Source: Mobula hypostoma
Lineage: Eukaryota
NCBI RefSeq assembly: GCF_963921235.1
Contig: NC_086118.1
Span: 26,414,001 to 26,478,000 of the forward strand
Direction of reading: 5' to 3'
DNA length: 64,000 nucleotides
Both the position numbers and the translations under genes were made by a program. Positions 25,271 through 37,371 of this stretch are shown piece by piece. Position 1 is the stretch's first letter. Each line of letters starts with the position of its first letter. The notes below the pieces were generated by a model. It saw nothing but the letters and a program-made list of their open reading frames with translations, was not told the origin of the DNA and searched no databases.

Positions 25271-26090
25271 AGGCCTTGAAAATTCTCAACAAAGTGCTGA
25301 GCTATTGGTCCTTCATGATGGCAAAGATTTGTCTCAATATCACGTAAAAACTTAGCAACAATATACTTAGTTTGCTAGCAATGTTCACACATAGATTCAA
25401 GCTGCACCTGCATGCTGATTTCAAAAAACTGCTGTGGAGTCATCAATTATCAGATCTTTGTACCACAACCCATTTGAAATATTTCAGCAATTAAATCTAA
25501 TAATGTTAAACTTTAGAGCTGTGATTATAGTTTTAAAATATATTGATGCTCTGCGAAAGCTGGTATAATAGTGGCATAAGCAATGAATAAAATTAAACAG
25601 ATCACTTTATGCTTGAATGAGGAATTCATAGAATAAGATTAAATAGGAAATGGCTTGGTAAATTGAATTCTTTCTTCAGTTCAGATATACTGTATGTTTT
25701 TATTCTGAATTTAAAATACAAATGTGGCTCTGTTTGAAAAAGGTCACTTGAACTCAATTTGCATTTTTGTGTTTGAAAGGGATTAATTAGCTGTTGACTA
25801 GCTGATCTTGATCTACCTACCTGGAGCTCCTTCAGAGAGGAGAGGTTGCCCAAGCAAATAATAGCACTCTCAAACTCCTGTTCAATGTGCTATTTCTGAA
25901 AAACATTTTCCTTAAGGACTTACGAAGTTAGTAGAAATGACTCAGATATCCTCCACATTGATTGATCTATCAAGGATATGTGCTGGGAGTGGGAAAATCA
26001 TGAACCAGTGCATCAGGAACAGTTAATAAAGTTGCATATATGCTTTTGAAGTTTCAACAAATCACCGAGTAGCCAAGGATACTTGAGAAG

Positions 26091-26240
26091 GAGACACAAG
26101 AGACAGCAGATCCTAGAATCTGGAGCAACATACAATCTGCTGGAGGAACTGAGAAGGTCCAACAGCATCAGTGGATATCAGTATTTCAGATGGTTATGCT
26201 GCTTGACCTACAGAGTTCTTCCAGCTGATTGCGTGTTGCT
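26091..26240. mobile_element. Old palindromic PLE terminal-repeat remnant
   Basis: agcaacatacaatctgctggaggaact (from 26124) is inverted relative to agttcttccagctgattgcgtgttgct (to 26240). Confidence 0.65.
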
Positions 26241-27857
26241 TTAGAGAAGATTTTGCACTGATTACTTGCCTTTGGGACAATTTCCTTCTATCACTCATTC
26301 CGTACTTTGCTTGTGAGGGCAGAGATCCATGGGGTGATTATTCAAGCTTTACCTATCAGGTAGCCCATATCAGCAACTTGATTATCACTGACACAGTATT
26401 TTTTTAGCCATTCACTTAAAATGCTGATAAATTATGTCCCGTATTTATATGTACTTTTAGAGTTCAATATTGTAGAAAGATGCTTCTTTATTTTCTAATA
26501 AGCCAATTTCCAGGATGCGATCCTTTAACCTAATAGCACACTGGAAGATTTATGCTTTTGCTAATTCAACATCAGAGTATACGCACTGAGAGAAAATTCC
26601 ATACAAACCATTCAGACCTGTAGTGCTTTTGGAGTACATAGCAAATGCAGGATACTGAAATCCTGGTTAAAGTTGAAAGAATTACTCACTGCAGCTGTGG
26701 ATCTTCTGAACAATGTCTAAAGATAGTATCCTATCAATTGGACACTGCATCTAAAATTTATCTCTTTGGCCCTCTTGCCACATTTGGAGGCTGAGTTGTA
26801 AAAGAAACCAGGGCAATGTTCTCCCAATAGCAAATATGTAATCAAGGACTAAGACTCCAATTTCCCAGACACTTCCTCTGTCATGTTTAATTCATTCCCT
26901 TATCAGCCATTCAACTAAAGTGCACCTCCTGAAATCTAGAACCAACATCAATAATGAACTGACAGCAAAAGATAACTCTTAGCAAAATAGATGCCATAAA
27001 TCCCATTAACACATTCCACATATAATTTACTTATACTCCCATAAACGACCAAGATAATCTGCAGCTTATTTTAGAACTAAACATGTTAAACACTTCACTA
27101 AGGACATTTGCTAAGAGTTTTCTAAAGTAACCCGCTGTGGAAATAAGACAACACAATCCCTTAGAATCGTACTGGACATCTGGCAGCTAAGTAATGTAGT
27201 TTTTAAGTATGTGGGTTGAAGAATTTTTACTACATTCCTAAGGGATGTTTCAAAGTTTGCTGTAAGTCGCCTGGACTGAGCAACTAAAAAAAGACACAAG
27301 TTAGACTGCACCATTCTCCTGAAATATTAGTTCACACAGTTTAAAATAAGATTAATTATCATGAACACATTGATTACTTGAAATCGACAGCAAAATAATA
27401 GAAGTTTTATTATTTATTACTTAGCTGCCTAGACTAGCAGCAATCAGTGCAAGTTTATCTCAAAAAAAATTAATGGACCAAAATATGTATTTCACTGAGA
27501 TTAGTCTGAGCTATTCACGCTGGCTTCTGATTCAATAGTTTTAGTCCATTAGGCTGTTATAACTATAATATGATAACAATGCTAAACTGGCAGGTCTGTT
27601 TATTATTGTCACAGTGCCGAAATATACTGATAAACTGTTTTGCATGCCATCTGTACATATCATTTCATTATAACAGTACAATGATGAGTTACAAGGGAAA
27701 ACAATAAAAGAATGCAGGACAAAGTGTTTCAGTTATAGCGAAAGTATCACGCAGACAGACAATGTGCAAGGCATCAGTGAGGTAGATTGTGAGGTCAAGA
27801 GTCCATCTTAACAGACTATAATATTTTTCAATACTCTTATAACTGTCAAATAGAAGA

Positions 27858-28239
27858 TGTTATATTTTATAACTTCAAAACATTAAATTAATTCAAATGA
27901 AGACTTGGGAGTCCGACATACAGGTTGAACTTTGAGTTTACTTTAAGCGAAGCGTACATGTATCATGTGGTAGCATGATGATGTATGCAATTCATGTATT
28001 TATACATATAACCTTAGTCTTTAGTTTGTCCTTTTTTTTGTGATATTCATCTGGAGGAACATTGTATCATTTCTTAATGCATGCATGCATTTCTCCATGA
28101 CAATAAACGAGGACTGAGTGTCCTCATAATCTAATCTAATCTAACCCATAGTGAATTATTTAAATGAACAAGAATGCTTAATCAACCAATACATATACAA
28201 GATTACTCAAATATTATGAAATATTAAATACTCACAACA
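27858..28239. mobile_element. Possible short solo LTR (TGTT...AACA) interrupting a Rex1 3' remnant
   Basis: TG/CA ends, and Rex-like sequence continues on both sides. TSD is imperfect (GAAGA versus GAACT). Confidence 0.4.
28015..28143 (+). mobile_element. Family X 3' fragment, copy 3
   Basis: tgtgatattcatctggaggaacattgtatcatttcttaatgcatgc...AATAAAC-GAGGAC-TGAGT-GTCCTC-(AATCT)n. Confidence 0.8.
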
Positions 28240-29149
28240 GAACTTGTCTTTGGTGGTGTGTGCTTTCAGGCTTTTGCATCTATTGCCCAATGGGAGTGGG
28301 AAGAAGAGGGGATATCTGGGGCGACTGGGGTCTTTAATTATGTTGGCTGGATGCAATGAATGCAATTTTCACTTTAGTGAGGCACAGAGACAAACCAACT
28401 GTCCAGCTACTTAGTCGACAAGAGTTGAGGTTTATGAAATAAGCAGGGGAAAGGTGAGGAGTGGTGTGAATTAAAATGACTGAACTCAATATCAAATCAG
28501 CACTATAAAGTAAGGGAATATAGAGAATGAAATACAGAAATTGAAAAGGGGAGAAACTATTGCATGTGAGATTATTATAATTTAAAATAACTTGAAAAGT
28601 TAATAAACAGTCCATATTTTTAACTTTATTTTCTAGGCAAGAGGGGTTAATGGTAATTAGTCAGGTAATTCTAGTTAATTACTAGATAATTTTCCATGGT
28701 GAGCTTAATGAGAAATTAATGGGTAAATGCAACAACTTCCTGAAATTCACAAGGTGTTTAAGGATACAGTGATGTTTTCACTAATGGCGAAAGCAGCACA
28801 AGTTTTCCATTAACGTGCATTGCGTTGCATTCACGGGGTATCTCTTCGTCCTACAGAGTTGCTGGCTGATTTGCATAATAATGATGGCAAGTGGCATTCA
28901 CACACTATTATTTTGTCAGCAAATGACAGGCTGTTGAATGTGTTATTAAAATCAAAAATCCTTTAGGTTACCTAATCATCCCTTCACAGCAGTTAAAATT
29001 AATTAGGTTAAAATATCAATTGATCCAAAAATGAAATTAGCACAGCAAGTTACCATTTTTATACAATTATTCAGCTACAGTATCAGCAATTTCTTATTTC
29101 AATAACAAAGAAATACGAGTTCATTCAATTTATTCAACCTTTCGATATA

Positions 29150-30683
29150 CAGGTGTCCCCCGCTTTTCGAACGTTCGCTTTACGAACCTCACTGTTACAA
29201 AAGACCTACATTAGTACCCTGTTTTCGCTTTCAGAAGGTGTTTTCACTGTTACGAAAAAAAAATCAGCGCGCAATAAAAGGCAGCATGCACCCCGAGCAG
29301 CCACTCTTCCCCCGGATTCTCACCGGCATTGCTTAAACATCAGCCTGTGAGCAGCCGTTTGCAAGATGAGTTCTAAGGTATCGGAAAAGCCTGAAAGAGC
29401 TCGTAAGGGTGTTACACTTAGCATAAAACTAGACATAATTAAGCGTTTCGATCGTGGTGAACTAAGTAAGGACAACGTGAGTTTGGCTTGTGGAAGCTGA
29501 CGAAGATGATGTTGAAGAAGTTTTGGCATCCCATGACCAAGACCGACAGATGAAGAGCTGATGCAATTGTAAGAAAAAAGGATAACAATCGAAACCGAAT
29601 GAGTAATGATATATTACAACTTTAATTTTGAAAGGGTACGTCGGTTTAGGAGATATTTGCAGGATGGTTTGAGTCCTTACAAAGAACTATGTGATAGAAA
29701 AATGCACGAGACTCAGCAGTCAAGCAACCCTTCCACATCAGCCACAGCAGACGACGAACCTCGACCTTCAACATCGAGGCAGGCAGAGATAGGAGAAGAT
29801 GAGCTGCCTGCTCTAATGGAAACAGACGATGACGAGATGACACCCCAGTGTCCCACCACCCCAACCCCCAGGCCACAGACAGATACTGATTCGCGGAGAA
29901 TGCAACGGTAGCCGAGAGGCACACAGCACATCTTTAAGAAAAAAGCCGAAATAAACAAGCTAATTAATTAGGTGCTGCCCGACACGTAAATGTCGGCCCA
30001 GATCAGAGGTGATGCAATCGGCAATCAACACTGATCTGGGCCGACAATTATGTGTCGGGTGGCACCTAATTAACTAGCATGTTTATTTCGGCTTTTTTCT
30101 TAAAGGTGTGCTGTGTGCCTCCCAGCTACCGCTGCATTCCTACATGCTTCGCGGCAATGTATCGTTCGGCAGCCTGGAGGGTGGGGGCCACTGCACCACC
30201 CAACCTGCGACGACTCAGTCTATCACACCACCATCAGTGTGCTCAGTGCTGTCTTCCCGATTCCCGTAAGCGATACTACACTGTACATACATTATTTCTA
30301 CTTTATATTGGCTGTGTATTTTTACATGTTATTTGGTATGATTTGGCAGCTTCATAGCTTAAAGGTTACTGGAGAGACTGTTCTTGCTAACAGCGCTTGA
30401 GTGAGATTTTCGCTACGGAGAACTGATCAGTAATGATTGTGGAAAAGTATTTCTACCTTATATAGGCTGTGTATTTATCATATCATTCCTGCTTTTACTA
30501 TATGTTACTGTTATTTGAGGTTTTGTGTTATTTGGCATGATTTGGTAGGTTATTTTTGGGTCTGCGAACGCTCACAAAATTTTCCCATATAAATAAATAG
30601 TAATTGCTTCTTCGCTTTACGACATTTCAGCTTACGAACCATTTCATAGGAACGCCCCACCTTCGGATGGCGGGGGAAACCTG
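29150..30683 (+). mobile_element. Internally deleted Tigger/pogo DNA transposon
   Basis: TIRs CAGGTGTCCCCCGC and GCGGGGGAAACCTG with TA on both sides. N-terminal MSSKVSEKPERARKGVTLSIKLDIIKRFDRGE (CENP-B-type HTH) is joined to acidic C-terminal remnants; no DDD domain seen. Confidence 0.88.
29898..30139. repeat. ~240-bp near-perfect inverted repeat
   Basis: gaatgcaacggtagc..gaggcacacagcacatctttaagaaaaaagccgaaataaaca pairs with tgtttatttcggcttttttcttaaaggtgtgctgtgtgcctc..gctaccgctgcattc. Confidence 0.92.
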
Positions 30684-30934
30684 TATCATCACAATTAAAT
30701 TCAACTAAAGATATGTTACTCCAAATAATTATAGCTTGATTGCATTTATAGGAAATCCAAACATTACTGTTCCACATACATATCATCTTGAAAATTCCCC
30801 TATTCCTTTGAACTGCATGCTCTTCACAGAAGCCAGTTGCTCACCTCTTGTCAGTGTATTACCCATAGAGATGCTCTAACTGTTATTATGACAGAAACAG
30901 CCAAGCGTAAAACATTCTGGCTTTTTGGTCTTAT

Positions 30935-31350
30935 TCAAAGTACACTTATTACCAAAAAAATATATAAATTATACAACCTCGAGACTTACTTGCCTACAGG
31001 TACACAAAGCAAGAAACACAAAAGAACCCAATTAAAGAAGAAGAAAAAAAAAAGACCAACACCCAACGCACAAGAGAAAGAAACAAAACACATATCATGC
31101 AGACAATTGAAGCAAACAACAACATTCCCAACCAAACTGAGTCCTCAGATCCAAACCCTGGAGCAGCCTGGAGCAGTCTTCTTACCAGTTCATATGGTTA
31201 GCAGGCACGGAGCACAGCAGCCAAGGCAGTCTTCACAGCCTTAGCGTCATGAAGAGAGGAGTGACCATCATGAAGACCAATCAAAATCGACTCTCGCCTC
31301 AAATCCCAACATCCTCTAGTTTCAGTCTATCTGGATTGGCATTTGATTTT
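30935..31350 (-). mobile_element. Non-coding retroposon related to 23825-24570
   Basis: Shared taaattatacaac..ga, caaacaat.gaagcaa and ttcacagcctt blocks. Confidence 0.55.
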
Positions 31351-31354
31351 AATA

Positions 31355-31735
31355 TCATCATGATGATCATCATTATGTGCTGTGTCATATGATGTAGGCG
31401 ATCATGGTCTTTGACCATGATTATTCTTGGCAAATTTTTCTATAGGAGTGGTTTGCCATTGCCTTCTTCTGGGCAGTGTCTTTATCAATACTCAATGATT
31501 ACCAATACTCTTCAGAGAATGTCTACCTGGGGTCAGTGGTCGTGTCACCACGACTTGCGATACACACCAGCTGCTCATGTGACCATCCACCATCTTCTCC
31601 CATGGCTTCGCATGACCCTGCTTGGGGAGGTGCTAAGCAAGTGCTACACCTTGCCCATGGGTGATCTGCAGGCTAGCGGAGGGAAGAAACGCCTATACCT
31701 CCTTTGGTTGAGACGCATCTCCATCCCACCACCCA
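31355..31735 (-). mobile_element. RTE-related SINE-like repeat, copy 2
   Basis: Reverse complement of 1845-2175 (gtggtttgccattgcc, ctgggcagtgtcttt, gctagcggagggaag). Confidence 0.65.
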
Positions 31736-32639
31736 ACGTTAATATCAAACTTTGTCAATTTTGTCCAGGCAACATTGGAGTGACTGCATGGCAATACTAA
31801 CAGAGAGAAGTTAAGAACAAGTCAGAAATGTTATTCCTGTCTGCTTCTCTGCTGAAACTGGTGTGAACTCCAAATGCCATAATCAAACTCAGACAGGCAC
31901 ATTTTGTAAAAAAGTGGTGGGAAAAAAATTGAGTTAGTATCGGCATTATGATTTTAAAACCCATTTCCTTACTATAATATCCCATTGCTAAAAAGTTGCA
32001 AGCTACCTGCAAATGCTACACAAGACCCCCAAAAGATGAAGCTCAGGACATTATGGGCAGCCTCATACCATAAATGCTGCACAAAGGATTTTTCTTCAGG
32101 GACTGAGGCCATATGGAGAACGGAAGCCACAAGTAAATTCTGGTAAAGAAGATAACTAGGGAAGATGAGGATGGTATTGACAGGAGAGGTAGGTGATTCA
32201 GGAGAGAGGGGTTTGTAAGAGGTTTGGATTGAATAATGCTGATGAGGGATGATCAGAAGGGTGTAGGAGTTTTAGGGCATTGGTAGAAAGAAAGAGGGCT
32301 TTGGTTAAAGCTTCAGTTTAGTATGAGACTCAAAAATTCTCAGCAATGAATCAGCTGACACTTCTGTGCATCAAGATAGGTGTGGCATGAGAAGTAGCAA
32401 GTATTTTTCAAATATTGTGTCGGAAAATGAGCATCTCCAACAACAGGGAAACCAGTTACTTACCCGTGATATTTAATTTTATCGTGTCCAAATATACCAG
32501 CAACTATGCATCCGAAACTCAACGGGACCAGACATACTCGAGCAATCCAGTGGCATCTGGGACGAAACACCACTCCTAATTTGAACCCATCCTTCACACT
32601 TCTGTCATTCTTTCACACAGTTGGTGCACAGTATCATCA

Positions 32640-33075
32640 ACAAATATACTCCAGTTACTCACTCAGCCCTGTCCAGCCACACTTCCCGACCTATGACCTC
32701 TACCATCAAGGATAAGAACAGCAGACATATTATTTGTGTTTGTGCTTCGGGAACTCCACCACTTGCAAATTCCTCTTGAAGAAAGGCACAGCTTGCTCTT
32801 TTGTTAGCATTTCTTTACTGTCACTGGGGCAAAACTCTGGAACTGCCTTTGTTTTATTTGGAGATACAGTGCGGAACAGGACTTTCCAATCCAAAGAGCC
32901 ACATCACCCACTTATTTAACTATAGCTTAATCACGGGACAATTTATAATGACCAATTAACCTGTGACAACACTGTCCGAGTATACTTACCAGAAGGACTT
33001 CATTGTTCAAGGCAAAGGCTTAACACCAGTTAGGAATAACCAATAACTGCTGGCCCTGTCAGCAATATACACAAG
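32640..33075 (+). mobile_element. Ancient L2/CR1-type 3' end
   Basis: gggaactccaccacttgcaaattcc...caataactgctggccctgtcagca resembles the tail shared with Deu-SINEs as recalled. Confidence 0.4.
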
Positions 33076-33989
33076 ATGTAAAGATGACTAAACCACTTCC
33101 CTCATTTGTAAATGGCATCCATACATCAACATTTTGAAAAGATGGGAACTTCAATTAACTAACAAATGGAGACTTAAGTATGGAGGACCAAATTTCACGT
33201 TCAGTACTTTCCCATCTTTGTGCACTATTTTAATGTACAACTCTCCAAGTGTTTGTATAGACAGAATAGTCCAGTCAATACAAAAAACAATCAGCTATTT
33301 CTTATTTCTGCTGAATCATTCTATTTTAGAGCTTCCTCTGTTGGCTAGTAGAATCTTTAACTCCTGCACTAAGTTTATTATAACTTAAAAGACAATATGT
33401 CAGAGATCTATCATAAGAATTGTAAGCACTCAGACTAAAAATAAACCATGTTTTGCTCTATCAGCATTATCTTTTTCTATTCACTATGTGTTGTGAATCA
33501 AACCATACCCAATTGAAAAATCTGTCAAGAGTGGCTTCAATTATACATACATTTGCTATTTTCCGCTTCATTATCACCTTCTGAGTTTAAACATTCTCAA
33601 AAAAAAGTTCTAACGTCTTGCAGAAAAATTGCATCTTATCTGTCATATTTTTTCATTGCAAATACTGCACATCTGAATGACAGAAGACACGGAGCACCTA
33701 AACCGATCAAACATCTCACAGAAAACTGAAGTAGACTGGTAAATTGATTTTTGACTTGATATTTTTCAGGAAGGTTAGTTTGTTAATATAACCCACAAAA
33801 ATGCGCCTTTCTAACAATAGTGAGTCACCATAATGACCTTTGGAACAACTGCCAACATATAAAAGGCAGCTTTTTCTTTGTTCCACTTGAATGCGAACAC
33901 TTGTGAAGGGAAAGCAACTTTTAATCTAAAAGATCTTACTTGGCCTTTCTTTGACCCTCCTGTACTGAGTTATCATGTTCAACCTCAAG

Positions 33990-36010
33990 TTGATTGGCAT
34001 CTGATTGTTTATTGTCATACAACGAAATGAAACACCATTCCGCACCGACAAGGAATATCACACACAGCACATAAACCAAAAATATTACCACAATGTTAAT
34101 CAAACATAATTCAACACACGTAAATAGTAACAGCTCACTCTGCTAGTGACAAGACCTCGGTGGCGGCAGGGTACTTATTAGTTTTGCAGCCTGTTACCTA
34201 GTCTAGGTGTTCTTGTCCTGATGCTTCTGTACCTCCTTACTAATAGAGTGGGTCAAAGAGATTGTGGGATGGGTGGTAAATGTCACAAATAGGAGGAGGG
34301 AGACCCTGACGTTCCTCTTGACAGTTTTTACTATTCTCTATAGGCCTTGCATCTTCCGTACCACACAATTCAACCAGACAGGACACCCTCGATAGTGCTC
34401 CTGGAGAAAGTTGTTAGAATGGGGGCGGAGAGCCTTGCACACCTCAAACTCCTCAGAAAATGTAGATGCTGCTGTGCCTTCTTGACCAGTGAGATGGTGC
34501 TGTGTGCCCAGGTTAGATTGTCCGTTATGTGCACACCAAGGAACTTTGTGCTCTTCGCTCTGCCATAGCAGAGCCATTGACGTACAATGGAGTGATCGAC
34601 CGGTGCCTTCCTGAAGTCCATAATCATCTCAGGTTGTTGTTCTCGCATCATTTAATAAGCCTCCCTATCTCCTTCCTCTCTGTATGCCAACTTATCATGG
34701 TTGCTGATAAGGCCAACCACAATAGAATCATCAGCGAATTTGATGATGCGGTTTGAGCTGGACCGGCAGTGCAGTCATGAGGAAGCAACGTGAACAGCAG
34801 CAGGCTGTGCTCACAGCCGTGGAGACACCAGTACTAGGTGTGATGGAGCTTGAGGTGTTGTTCCCAACCTGGACTGACTAGGATCTTTCTGTCAAAAAGC
34901 CCAAGATCCAGTTAACGAGATGGGTGCTGAGTCCCAATGAGGAGAGTTTGCCCACCAGCTTCTGAGGGATAATTGTGTTCAATGCTGAGCTGAAGTTGAT
35001 GAACAACGACCCAGCGTATATGAGTCTTTGCTTCATAGATGGGACAGGCCGGCGTGGAGGGCTGAGGCTATGGCATCATCAGTGGACTGGTTTGAGCAGT
35101 AGGTGCACTGAAAAGGGTCTAATGTAGCTGCAAGGTGGGATTTTATATAATACAATAGCAGCCACTCAAAGCATTTCATAATTATTGAGGTCAATGTCAC
35201 AGGGCAATAATCGTTTAGGACAGTTACCATCACTCTTTTGGGTACTGCAATGATGGTGACTGCCTTGAAGCCTGCAAGAACAGTGGAGAGTTTCAAAGAG
35301 ATGATAAAGTTGTCCGCTTAGACCTCGGTTAGATCGGCCGCACAGTCCCTCAACACCTGACCAGGAATGCTCACAGGTCCCGCAGCTTTGCATGGTTTTA
35401 CCCTGGCTAGGATTCTTCTCACCGTGCCTGTGCCCAGACAGGGTGCTTTTTCCTCAGGGGGAGAAAGAACTTTCCTCAGTATCACGTCATTCAATGCACA
35501 GAAGGCATTCAGCCTATTAGGAAGGGAGGCTTCGCTGTCCTTGATGGATTTGTAATCGGTTATGTTTTGCCACTGGTGTTGCATCCCCCGGTGTCGTAAA
35601 GGTGTCTGTGAATTTCTGTGCGTACTCACATTATGCCTTCCTTTTGGTACGGGAAAGAGCGGCTCCTGCTGACCTGAGAATCATCCTGTCTCCCGATCTG
35701 AAAGCAGCCTCCCGATCCCTAAGCAGTGCACAAACCCCTGCAGTCAGGAACAGTTTCCGGTTTGCCCTGGCGGTGCAATGTTTAATCACTATAATGTCCT
35801 CAATGTAATGACCCTGCAAATTGATCGCTGTTGACGTGATGCACATAGGCAGCCAGCTCCCTGAATATGCTGAAGTCTGTGCTTTTGAAGCAGTCCTGCA
35901 GTACTGAGATAATATCTTCTGACCAGATCCTCATCTCCTCGTAAATCGGTTTGACTCGTTTCACCAGTGATCTGTCCACAAGGATTAGCAAAATAGAAAT
36001 GTGGTCTGAG
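33990..36010 (-). mobile_element. Rex1/Babar LINE, decayed
   Basis: LQDCFKSTD, KAAGPVSIPGQVLRDCAADL, LNDYCPVTLTSIIMKCFE and KFLGVHITDNLTW..KKAQQHLHFLR. Confidence 0.9.
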
Positions 36011-36728
36011 CATCTGATGTGAGTTCAGGAGGCACTCACATCCACAAATGTTAGTATGAACTACGTCTAATATATTCTCTCCCCTGGTTTTTCCACTTCC
36101 TCTTCACTTCCTGAAGTAGTTTTTCGCTTCTGAGCATTGGTGTTTCCAGAGTAGGCCGTGATGGAACCCAGTCAGGACACTCTCCACTCTGCATCTGTAC
36201 TCAGTGGCCACTTTATGAGGTCCACCTGCACGATAATGCAAATATCTAATCAACCAGTCATGGGGAGCAACTCAATGCATAAAAGCATGCAGACACGGTC
36301 AAGAGGTGCAGTTGTTGTGCACCAGAATGGGGAAGAAATGTGATCTAAGTGACTTTGACTGTGGAATGATTGTTGGTGCCAGACAAAATGGTTTGAGTAT
36401 CTCAGAAACTGCTGATCTCCTGGGATTTTCACACATAACAGTTTCTAGAGCTTACAGAGAATGCTGCAAAAAACAAAAAAAAACACAACTAGTGAGCAGC
36501 AGTCCTGCGGCAAAATGCTTTTTAACAGGAGAAATCAGAGGAGTAATGGCAGACTAGTTCAAGCTGACAGAGTCAACAATAACACAAATAACTATGGGTT
36601 ATAACAGTGGAGTGCAGAAGATCCCTGAACATACAACAGCTAAACCTTGAAGTAGATGGGCTACAGCAGCAGAAGACAATGAACAGACATTCAGTGGACA
36701 CTTTATTAGACACAGGAAGTCTAATAAA

Positions 36729-37371
36729 GGAGGGAGGAGAAGATGGCGACGCGATGCAGCGCACACGGCCGTTCCGAATGATATTGATTATGTGTTAACT
36801 AGGGGGCCATGCACAATCCGGATTTGATGGAGACAGCCGGGAGAAGCACGGAGGAACACCTGGAGTAACTTCTGAAATGCCTGCTTCGCTGCCGCTGCTA
36901 TTGCGCAATCGAGAATCTCCGGAGACGAAGGCCCCAAGTCCTCGGCTTTGCGTATTGCCTGTTGCCGGGGCTGGGGTTGAAGCACTCAGCAGAGATGGTG
37001 CTCGGTGCTCGGTGTCGGAGAGCTGGTCGGAGGCTCAGAATTTTTGGATGGACTCACAGTCGGACTGTGGTCGGATGCTTCCAGTATGCTGCATCGGCAA
37101 GATGGCGGCGCTGGAGGTTCACCGTCTGCGTGAGATGATGGGACTTTCAAAAGCCTTTGAGATTTTTACCGTGCCATAGTCTGTTCTTACAAATTACGGT
37201 GTTGTTTTGCACTGTTGTAACTCTCTGTTATGATTATGTGGTTTTGTTAGTTTTTAAGTCGGTTTGTCATGTGTTTCCGTGATATCATTCTGGAAAAACA
37301 TTATGCATTAAGAAATGATACGCATTACTAAATGACAATAAAAGAGGACCGCGTGTCCTCATAATCTAATC
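36729..37371 (+). mobile_element. Non-autonomous retroposon family X, copy 2
   Basis: Homologous to 16761-17405. Hairpin at 37344-37360; the (AATCT)n tail continues at 39924-39938. Confidence 0.8.

Noticed and set aside
26690..26750. Minus-strand candidate exon (ttttag|ATGCAG...TGCA|gtgagt)
   Set aside because: It is 61 nt long and would shift the frame, has a weak polypyrimidine tract, and has no resemblance to USP43.
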